Source of the DNA: the human T2T-CHM13v2.0 reference genome, Homo sapiens
Assembly (NCBI RefSeq): GCF_009914755.1
Contig: NC_060925.1
DNA length: 64,000 bases
Direction: 5' to 3' (one strand)
Part shown: piece by piece, positions 50,560 to 64,000 of the stretch
Position numbering within the stretch: the first letter of the stretch is position 1
Layout of the letters: each line of letters starts with the position of its first letter
Made by a program: the position numbers and the translations under genes
The notes under the pieces: model-generated
What the model was told of the DNA's origin: nothing
Database searches by the model: none
What the model saw: only the letters and a program-made list of their open reading frames with translations

Positions 50560-52794
50560 CCTTGTGCTGCTGTGACTTTCAGGAAACTTTTCACTGGTGA
50601 TATCAGAGGCACTTTGAAGAAATGATCCTTGCTAATCCATTTGATTAGTGTGCAATACTGCAGCTATTGATGGGCAAAAGGTATTAATAATAATCAATTT
50701 CTATATGTCATATTTATTAACTGTTAAATTTTAAGAAATTGTTTGTATAAACATAGGGATATCCTTGACTCACATAGCCTCTGTATCTCTGTACATGTCA
50801 TTTGACTCATGGGTCCCATGAAGAACAACGTGTGCAGGTGATCCTTAAGCGTTTAAAGCAATCACGATATCAGCCTGAGGTGACAGGCGGTGGTGCACAG
50901 ATCTCAGATGGTGGCTGAGACTATTCACTCTCAAGATCCACCAAGCAGAAAAGTGAGATGTCCAGGCAAATCTGCTTCTGGTCCTTTCCCCAAGTATTCT
51001 GCTTTATACTCTTTGGAAGAAATACCATTTCCCCCTGCCACAGTTGCCTAGAAAAAGAAAAAAAAAGAGAAAAGGAAAAAGAATGCAGTGAATATGCCGA
51101 CCTTTGTAGACAAAGAAGCGGTCACCAACCCACTTGGAAAAGGACGTGCATTCTGAGTCATTTTTCTAGTTGTGATCAAGGCCTAGCTTTAACCATTGTG
51201 CCTCCCATTCCTGAGGTCCAGCCCTGCCCTTGGTCAATAATGGCCCTTTGGATTAAAATAGAGGAAAATCAACTAACTGGTGGAGGTAATTGGATCCAAA
51301 TAACTGCAGGGAAAATCAGTAATCAGGAACAGGGATGCGGAGCAGATAAAAAAGCTAGGAAATAAAAGACAACAATTTAGTTTCTGATTGAGTCTTCTTG
51401 TACTTTTACTTTTTTTTCTTTTTAATTCAAATTAGGGTCTTATTTTAAGAGTTTAAGTAGCTTTCAGAAAGAAAAGTTTAGAATTATTAAAAAAAAGTTT
51501 AGAATTAAAAAGAATATTCTTTTCCTGTTACGTAAAACAAGCGTAACTAGTTGTTCAGGAAAATACTCCCTAGGAAACTATGGCGAAATAGCACAATATC
51601 CAAAAGATCAGCCAATAGGGTAGTCAGAAAGCCTCCTTGACGAATCAGGAAACATGATAATAGTGGGTTTCTGTCCCTTTTTTGTTCACCTGGATTACTC
51701 TTTTTAAAACATCACCTTTAGGGATGTGTTGCCAGCCCTCTTCCTTCAGCTGTGATCTCCAAAGGAAACAGGGAGGTTTAATAGGAACTGTGGGATGCCA
51801 ACATTCAGATCATTTTCAACTTCAAGAGAGGGAAATCAGGACAAAGATTTCCAACAATTTTAACAATATGCCTGTTATTGTCAGCAGGCTTAAAAACGAA
51901 TCATATGGTTTTCAGAGTTTAGCAGGCAGGCTAACTCCCTAAGAAGAAACTCAGTTTATAGAAGACAAAGGGTAGGGTTAAAAAAAAAAAGCAGTTATTC
52001 GGTTGTCGGGTAACTTCCTGATTGGAATAAGATAGACAAGTTGTGAAAACATACTTGGTTCCTCTGAGCACACTTTTACAATCTCTCTTGGGCTCAGACT
52101 TGATAAGAGAGAAAAGGTGAAGTTTTATTTCTTGTACACAGAGACGTTGTAGAGTGGAAAACGAGACCATTAAGAGTGTGGAGGAGGCATTTATTGCCTT
52201 CTTTCTGACAGCAAGCAGTCACAGGATGGAACTGCTTCTGGCATTCAAGCAGTTAAGAGACTTCTGAGGTCAAAGCCACAAACCCTGAAGTAATGGGAAG
52301 CCATGCATATGCTCTCTGAAGCCCGGGAGCTTCTTTTAGAAGAGAACAGGAATTAGATTAAGCTAATGTTGCTGAACACATGAAATTTGTTGTTAGCAAA
52401 TTACGGAGCTCAGGAAATTATCAGCTTCTACAGGGCATTCCAAACTTAGCCCCAAAACCATGGCAAGTGTTAAAGAGCAGAGAAAAGCTTCAGTCAGGCT
52501 AGAGCAAAGAACTCCCAAACCTCATGTCTGATACAATTATAGGCTGCAAATGGGGAGGAGGAACCATGGAATCTGCATGTAAATGGCAAAGTCTACCAGC
52601 AACCTGATATTGGCTCTAAAATTAACTTTTATTTACATAAGCAATGCATATAGAAAAATGAATAACTACTGCTAAAATCTAAAAAATGTAACCTTCATTT
52701 TCAATATCCAGAGTTAACATTATAACTGGCACATAATAATCACTTAAGAGATGTTAGCCATTTAAAAGTGTATATTTGTATATATATGTATATC

Positions 52795-53406
<612 letters not shown>

Positions 53407-53486
53407 CTATATCCACTTAAAAAATCTACTTTCCTTGCTGAGCAATATATTGGGAATATTTTTTCATGTCAAGAAATGTATCTTGT

Positions 53487-53795
53487 GTCTGGGTACTGTG
53501 GTTCACACCTATAATCCCAGCACTTTAGGAGGCCAATGCAAGAGAATTACTTGAGGCCAGGGGTTCAATACCAGCCTGGGCAACACAGTAAGATCGTGTC
53601 TCTAATTAAAAAAAAAAAGATAAAAAAGAAAAAAAATTAGCCTGAATGGTAGTCCCAGGTACATAGGAGGCTGAGGCAGGAGGCTGTCTTGAGCGTAGGA
53701 AGCCTAGGCTGCAGTAAGCCATGTTCACACCATTGTACTCCAGCCTGGGTGACAGAGCAAGACCCTTTCTCAAGAAACAAACAGAAAACAAAAAA
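53487..53795 (+). mobile_element. AluJ
   Basis: Diverged Alu consensus. Confidence 0.9.
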
Positions 53796-54439
53796 GAAAT
53801 ATATTTTGCTTTATTTTCTTTGTTTTACCACTAATATCTGTATGCTTTTATGACATAAGACAGAATATTGACTATCTTTGCTCTATCTGTAAATCAACAG
53901 ACCTCATCTATAAATTCAGTGAAATCTCCTCTAGTGGGGAAGGAGATCATAAAAACAACAGAGCCTTAAAGGGCAAACAAAATATTGCAGAGATTGAATG
54001 TGCATGTATTTATAGGAATATATGCACAGATATGAATGAAAGAAATGACCATCCATTTTGAGCCTAGAAAAGGGAGATGAGCCCCTCCCTTCCTTACCAT
54101 ACACCCTGCCCCCTCTCTCCAGATGCGCTCTTGCTGGATGGGTCATTCCAGGATTTCCTGATTATAATGAGGAAGCACAGCTGATCACGCCAGTAAGTTC
54201 AGATTGAGATCTCATCACCTTTTGACCTTCAGCCCCACCCTTTGTTTACCAGTCTGAAAGCTGGCACACATGACTGTAAATGGAAGTAAAAAGAAAGAAG
54301 GCAAAAAACTGAAGTGACATGTGCCAAGTGGCTGTCAGCTCTTCAGAGCCACACCTTGTTTCTCTCTTCCTGTGTAATGATGAGAACCAGAGCCTTGAGC
54401 CATCATAGTTTAGGATGGAGACAGATCTGCAATGCATAA

Positions 54440-55260
54440 AACAGAGCCTACCCAAGACTACTATATTTCTTTGAGAAAATAAAAGGCATCAGTTGGGAAT
54501 TTCTTCATTCTCCACCATCAAATCAACAATCTTGCCTGCATCTCTCCCCATCTTCTTTTGTCATAGTTTTGTGCTTACCAAAGGCTATCCTCTCCAATTC
54601 TGTCCTGGGACTGAGTTGTTCTATCAACCAAATATTGTCCCTATTTCTTCTCTTATTTTTTCTCCACCATCATTCGTCTCTTTCCCCAACTACAAACACA
54701 CTCTAATAGATACCAAATTAAGAAGCAAGCATAAATAAACAAAAAGACCTAGAATCCTCTGTAAACCCTTATTTCCCTTCAGCTACCACCTCCCCCCATT
54801 TTTATGTTCCCTTGTACAGTAAAACTAAAAAAGTTGTATAAATATGTATGCTGTCTTCACTGCCTGAACTCCATTTCATCCTTCAACACACTGTAATCTG
54901 GCTTCTGTGTATTGCATTTGCTAAAATAATTTTTGCTCAAAATTACCAGTGGACTTCATATTGACAAAACAATGGACATGTTTTTTGTCTTTTATTTGTT
55001 AGCCCTTCAGTATTATTCCACTTGGTAGATAATTCTATCTTTTCTGACTTCAGTTACACTTTGTTCTCCTGGATTTTCTCCTAGCATGCTGATTGCTCTT
55101 TCTCCATCTCTTTTTGCCAGCTGTCCTCTAACTGACTTCTACTGGTTTGGTTTGATTTAGGGCTAGGTTCTGGATGCTCTTCTCTTTACTCTCCATATTT
55201 TCTCCCTAGTGATCTCATCCGTATTCATGGCATGAGTTAGTGTCTATATGCTGCTGATTC
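54440..55260 (+). mobile_element. L2 fragment
   Basis: Pyrimidine-rich L2 signature (aatctggcttctg...tgatctcatcc...tctatatgctg). Confidence 0.6.
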
Positions 55261-55261
55261 C

Positions 55262-56190
55262 TGTTATGGAGATTGTGGTACACCACCCAGAGACTCCCTC
55301 TAAGACTAAGGCATTCATTTTCCCAACTGTTGAGAGTATTGACTGTTGGCAGCTCACAAGGATTCCCTCCTTGAGCATTGTCCTCGGTTTAAGATTATAT
55401 ATCCCTTTTTCTTTTTCTACTTCTCTCTTTCTTTCCTTTTTTTTTTTTTTTTAAACAGGGTCTCACTCTTTTTTAGACAGGGTCACCCAGGCTGGAGTGC
55501 AGCGGTGCCATCTCAGCTCTGTGCAAACTCTGCCTCCAGGGTTCGACTGATTCTGGTGCCTCAGCCTTTTGAGTAGCTGGGACTACAGGCATGTGTCACC
55601 ATGCCCAGATTATTTTTGTATTTTTAGTAGAGATGGGGTTTCACCATGTTGGCCAGGCTGGTCTCGAACTCCTGGCCTTAAATGATCTCTGCTCTCTTCA
55701 GCCTCCTGATGTTCTGGGATTACAGGCATGAGCCACGGCAACCGGCTTTATATCCCTTTTTGATGGGCAGCCTGCATTCAATGCTGGTTGAAGCAAGAGT
55801 ACAAACTCTGGTACAAAGAGTACAAGAGTTCAGGACAACTCTGAAGGGTCATGCCAGTTCCAGAGCTCCCTGGATTTGCTGAGGACTCTGTTACAACTGC
55901 ATCACACTTCAACTTCTCCCTCCGCCCAATCATGCTTTTTTACTCTCTTACAGACATTGTTTCTAAGGACATTCCTGTAGTAGATACTGTGATCCATTGC
56001 CCAAATGTCCCTTCAGGAACAAGGAATTAATAGCTATGGTGCTGGGAATCTTGGGCAAACATATTCAGAGATAAGGCCTCTTCAGGGCAGCTAACACCTA
56101 ATGACTGATCCAGTAGGGGTACAAAGGCACCACTCTCTCACCTCAACTTGGGATAGCACTGAAGGATCATCTTAATTCAGAAGTCCCTGC
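55262..56190 (+). mobile_element. Two tandem LTR16-type (ERVL) LTR pieces; the first is split by an Alu
   Basis: Two similar starts, TGTTATGGAGATTGTGG (55262) and TGTAGTAGATACTGTG (55977), with a shared ctgaagg..catc core. Confidence 0.65.
55410..55746 (-). mobile_element. Alu inside LTR16
   Basis: Alu consensus; TATATCCCTTTTT flanks both sides. Confidence 0.9.
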
Positions 56191-58520
56191 CCCAAAAAAA
56201 GGACACATTGTCTAATTTGATTCATCTCCAGAGACACAGTGTCATCATGGTCCTCCTTCTGCCCCCGTGAGATTGGAGTTTGATGAGGCCAGGTAACAAA
56301 TAAATGCCTGTGTAAATTCTAGCTACGGTGGGTCCATAGACACCCCCAGTGATCCTTTCTCAAATCTCTAAGTGCATAACTAGGATTGACATACTGGCAG
56401 TCAGAGGAACCCCACTTTGTATCATTGACCTGTGGGGAAGACCATATCATAGTGGAGAAGGCCAAGTGGAAACCTCTTGAAACCGTCCATACACCCCTTC
56501 CCCCAGCCAAGGCAGCAAATGGAGAAAAATTGCACCCTGGAGTAGAGGAATAGCAGAGATTAATGCTACTATTAAAGATCTAAAAATGCAGGGATGGTGG
56601 TCACTACTCACTCTCATATCCTCATTTAGCAGCACCAGTCTGGATCCTGCAGAAACTGGGTGATTCTGGAGAATAACAGCAGAAAACCACAGCTCAAACA
56701 AGTGATAGCCCCAATTGTAGCTACTGTGCTGGATGTGGTTTTATTGCTAGATAAATGAGATAAAATAGGTTAATGAGATTTCAGGTACGTGGTGTGTGGT
56801 CATTGATTTGGGAAATGGATTCTTTTCTATTCCAATTAGAAAGAAGATTAGAGATAATTTGCATTCATGTGATGTGAGTAATATTCAACTGCAGCTTTGA
56901 TCCAAGGCTATGCTGACCCTCTTCCTTTTACCACAATATAATCTGAAGATATTTGGATCTTCTTGAAATTTCGCTACAAGTCATATTGATTCATTCCATC
57001 AATGACATTATGCCGACTGGATAATACTCTAGAAGACTTCATAAGACACTTGCAAGATAAACACTATGAAGATTTATTGACCTCTCACTTTGATGTAGTT
57101 TGTATGGATCTAGTAGTCTGGGGAACATTGGACTATCCCCTTCAAATTAAGAGGCACATCTTGCATCCCTTATCACAAAGAAGGAAGCTCAGTGTGTGAC
57201 AGGCATCTTTCATTTGTGGGTGTATAAGATAACACACTATACACCTAGAAGTACCACTAGCTTTGAGTGAGGCCCAGAGCAGGAAAAAGCTGTCCACTAA
57301 AGCAAGGCTGTGGTGCAAGCAGTTCTGTCATTTGGGCCCATGACTGACCCCAAATTTGCTGGAAATGTCAGAGGTGGGACTTACCAAATCACAAATTAGA
57401 GCAGGCCCAGCTGCTGTTCATCATAATAGTTTTTCCGAGGTTAAGCCCAAGTATGACCAGAGGGCATGAGTATACAGTACATCACTCTCCGTAGTTGCAC
57501 AAGTGTTTATTTCCCAGCTTACACCTATGGCCACATAAGGGGTCTCATACGACCAGCTGATAGAGGAGGAAAAAGCATGATCTTGGTTTGTCAATGATTG
57601 GTCTCAGTATGTGTGTGCAAGCTGACTATAAACAGTGACTGTATTATAGGTACAATCCGAGTTGGCCTTGAAAGTGGAGAGTGAAATTTCCAATGGGCAG
57701 ACCTGTTGTAAGTATACTGAGTCATCCACTTTTTGTGAAAGAAGTCGCCTGAAACAAAAATATATGAAAAATCCTAGATAGTGGAAAATGGCCTAACTGT
57801 CTGTTAAGGGGGCTGGAAGGAAAAGGACTAGAAGACTGAAGACAAGGAAGTCTCAGGTAGATATATGGAGGCAGAGGAAATATGAAAGTGGGCATAAAGT
57901 GTAAAGATTTTTGTATCACACGTTAACCCTCACTTGCACACATCCACCAGCAAAGAGGCACTGAGCAACCAATTATTTAACATTATTTGGACAGTTGATG
58001 TTAGCTAGTCTTTGTCATTGGCCACCCTGCAACCAGCACAAGAAATGCTATAGTGGCAGATATGGAAGCTACGTATAGGTCAACAGCATGGACTTTTTAC
58101 CAGGTTCGATATAGCTATTGCCTCTTTTGAATATTCAAACTTTCAGTGGCGTAGACCAATGTGCCTACCACTAATATGGCAATATATGGCACTGATCCTC
58201 CAGGAAGACAACCCGTAACTTGGTGGCAAGTCAGCTACTTTGGGCCCCTTCTATCCAAGTAGTTGATTTGCCACCAAATCAACTATTAAATTCTGGAACG
58301 GTCAGAATTTCATTCTCACAGAGATAAATACTGGTTCCAGGAATGCAAAATCTCAGCTAGTACCACTCTCTAGGGGGCTTACAGAATTACTGACATCTAG
58401 GCCTGGACTCTCACAAACACAGCATTTGAGCAGGGAACCCACTTCAAAGAAGGAGGCACAGGAGTGAGCCCATGAATATGTTTTTTTCTCTCATACCGCA
58501 TCATCCAGAAGTAGCTGATC
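56190..58520 (+). mobile_element. ERVL internal pol remnant (RT/RNaseH/integrase), heavily decayed
   Basis: RT motifs VIDLGNGFFSIP (~56800) and HSINDIM (YIDD-like, ~56992-57012), plus an integrase WQV-x-Y-x-GPL (~58222). Confidence 0.8.
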
Positions 58521-58582
58521 TCATAGACCCAGATAGTTTCAATGATGAATTCTATCAAATATTTAAGGTAGAAATAGTATAA

Positions 58583-59537
<955 letters not shown>

Positions 59538-60016
59538 TGCAAACTTCTTAAAAAATATATGAGAAGGGAACTGCCCCAAATTTCCTTCACAAGGCCAGAA
59601 TTATATTGACATCAAAGCCTGTCAAATAAATTTTAAAAACAGATAATAAAACAAAGAAATAAAAAATTACAGATGAGTATTCCTCATGAACACAGATGCA
59701 AAAATTCTGTACAAAATATTAGTACATCAAATTGAGCAATGCCTAAAACGGATAATATATTATTACCAAGTAGAGCTTATCTTAGGAATGCAAGCTTAGT
59801 TCAAGGTCTTCTTCAAACCAATCAATGAAACTCACACATCAAAGAGAAAAAGAGAAAACTATGATAGTTATATTCAATATATGCAGAAAAAGCATTTGAC
59901 AAAATAAAACATCAATTCATGATTAGAAACCTTCACTAAAGGAAGAATAGAATAGAAAGAAAATGCTTTAATTTCATAAAGGGCATCTATGAGAAACTTA
60001 CAGATAATGTTATGCT

Positions 60017-60767
60017 CTTTATTGTTATGTAGTTTTTATTTCATAGTTATAAACTTAACTCTGCAATCCAGCTAGGCATAGAAAGGGAATAAGGAAAAGA
60101 GAGAACACAAAGGGAACTGCAATGAGAGTACAAAGATTATAGGATACTGAAGCATATGGGGTGGAGGGGTGCTCTCCTGAGCTACAGAAGGATTGGTCTG
60201 GTGGTTAAGTTAAAACACAAGTCAAGCTTATTAGAGTTGCCCACAGTCAGCAATGATAATCTTCTTGTTGGTCTTGCCATTCCTGGACCCAGAGCGGTCC
60301 ATGGCCTCCACAATATTCATGCCTTCTTTCACCTTGCCAAAGACCACATGCTTGCCATCCAACCACTCAGTCTTGGCAGTGCAGATGAAAAACTGAGAAC
60401 CGTTTGAGTTGGGTCTAGCATTTGCTATGGACAAGATGCCAGGACCTGTATGCTTCAGAATGAAGTTCTCATCATCAAATTTCTCCCCGTAGATGAACTT
60501 GCCATCAGTGCCATTATGGCATGGGAAGTCACCACCCTGACACATAAACTCTGAAATAATTCTGTGAAAGCAGGAACCCTTATAACCAAATCCTTTCTCT
60601 ACAGTGCTCAGAGCATGAAAGTTTTCGTTGTTTTTGGAAATTTGTCTGCAAACAGCTTGAAAAAGATGAGGCCCAAGGACTGGCTGTTGATGGCGATGTC
60701 AAAGAACACAGTGGAATTGACCATGGTGGGTAGTACTGGGCTCCCGGTGGTGGTGGTGTCTGCAAAG
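60017..60767 (-). pseudogene. PPIA (cyclophilin A) processed pseudogene (probably PPIAP7; number from memory)
   Basis: ATG at 60724 ([12 protein letters not shown]). A 1-nt deletion near codon 33 shifts the frame (494 nt from start to stop). The C-terminal ORF 60231-60545 is MCQGGDF...IADCGQL. The PPIA 5'UTR and the 3'UTR with AATAAA are present. It is intronless and inserted in an old L1. Confidence 0.96.
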
Positions 60768-60803
60768 CTAACATTATACTTATTGATGAAATATTGAATG
60801 TAA

Positions 60804-61105
60804 ACTGGGCACAGTGGCTAATACTTGTAAACTCAACACTTTGGGAGGCCAACACAGGAGGATCCCTTAAGGCCAGGGATTCAAGACCAGCCTGGGCAAC
60901 ATGCGGAGACTCCTATCTCTACAAAAAAATGCAAAAATTAGCTAAGTGTGGTGACATATGCCTGTAGTCCAAGCTACTCAGGAGGCTGAGGCAGGAGGAT
61001 CACTTGAGCCTAGGAGTTTGATGTTACAATGAGATATGACTGTGCCACTACACTCCAGCCTGGGCAACAGAGCAAGATCCTGTCTTAAGAAATAATGATA
61101 ATAAA
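60804..61105 (+). mobile_element. AluJ
   Basis: Diverged Alu consensus. Confidence 0.9.
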
Positions 61106-61385
61106 GAAATATTAAATTCTTTCACTGTAAGTCTTGAAACAATGCAAGAAAGTTTGTGTTTATTACTTATTATTTTACACTGCACTGGAGACACTAGCCA
61201 ATAACATATGGCAAGAAAAAGAAATAAAATACATGTGATTGCAAAGGGAGAAATGAAACTGTATTTACTTGGAGACAACATGATTTGTTACCTTAAAAAA
61301 ACTTGTTTATAAAAACCTACAAAGTCTATGTGAATAGTTAGATTGTAGGATACAAGGTCAAAATACACAAATTAACCCTATTTCT

Positions 61386-63445
<2,060 letters not shown>

Positions 63446-64000
63446 TTAATTTTCTACCCTGCTAAATGAAAGATTTTCAATAGTACCAAAAAGCATAAAA
63501 TACTAGAGAATAAATTTAACAAAAGATATGCCAAACCTCTGCAGTAAAACTACATATTTCTGAGAGCTATTAAAGGTGACTTAAATAACTGGGTCAGAAT
63601 ACTAAATATTGTCAAGATGTCAAGTCTACCTAGATTGATTAATAGATTCAATGTCATTCCAGTCAAAATGAAAACAGATTTTATTTGTAGAAATTGACAT
63701 GTTTACTTTAAAATTTACATGGAAATGCATAATGCATATTGGATAACCAAAACAAATCTTCATTAGAATAAAAAAAACAAATACACTATCTGATTTTAAG
63801 ACCGACTACACAGCTACAGTAATAAATGTGGCATTGTGCTGGCATAAGGATAGGCAAACAGGATCAATACACTAGAGAATCCAGCAATATTTGCATACAT
63901 ATATGTTCAATTCAATTTTAATAAAAGACACTGCAGCAGTTTTAACTGGGAAAGAAAAGTTTTCACCAAATCATTTTGTAAAAACTCTATAAATGTGGAG

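Noticed and set aside
60231-60545. 104-aa cyclophilin ORF as a functional gene
   Set aside because: It is a retrocopy with an upstream frameshift that removes the N-terminal third, including the catalytic Arg55 region, and it has no promoter.

Overview
Human (primate) genomic DNA; the single protein-coding gene identifies it as the S1PR1 (EDG1) locus, chr1p21. S1PR1 is on the + strand. It has a CpG-island promoter (~25050-26060), a non-coding exon 1 ending at 25960, an intron at 25961-27682, and exon 2 carrying the whole 382-aa GPCR CDS (27846-28994) plus a 3'UTR to the AATAAA at 30358. The rest is repeat-rich intergenic DNA: about 30 Alus, two young L1PA fragments in opposite orientation, old L1/HAL1, L2, MIR, MaLR/ERVL/ERV1 LTR remnants and a hAT (Zaphod-like) fossil. 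It also holds three retrocopies (U13 snoRNA, RPS20 interrupted by an Alu, PPIA) and a ~1.35 kb almost pure A/T tandem array. The most interesting signals are: (1) an 18-codon uORF in exon 1 that, after splicing, is exactly in frame with the S1PR1 CDS and separated from it by only one TGA, together with an upstream alternative GTAAGT donor that would remove it; (2) a FOX:ETS composite + GC-box + KLF module and a strong G4 in intron 1; (3) a 22-bp templated insertion copied from 2.8 kb away into an MaLR LTR; (4) a nested MIR>Alu/RPS20P>Alu insertion stack. Repeat subfamily names and boundaries come from recalled consensus sequences and are approximate. No prokaryote-type system (CRISPR etc.) is present.
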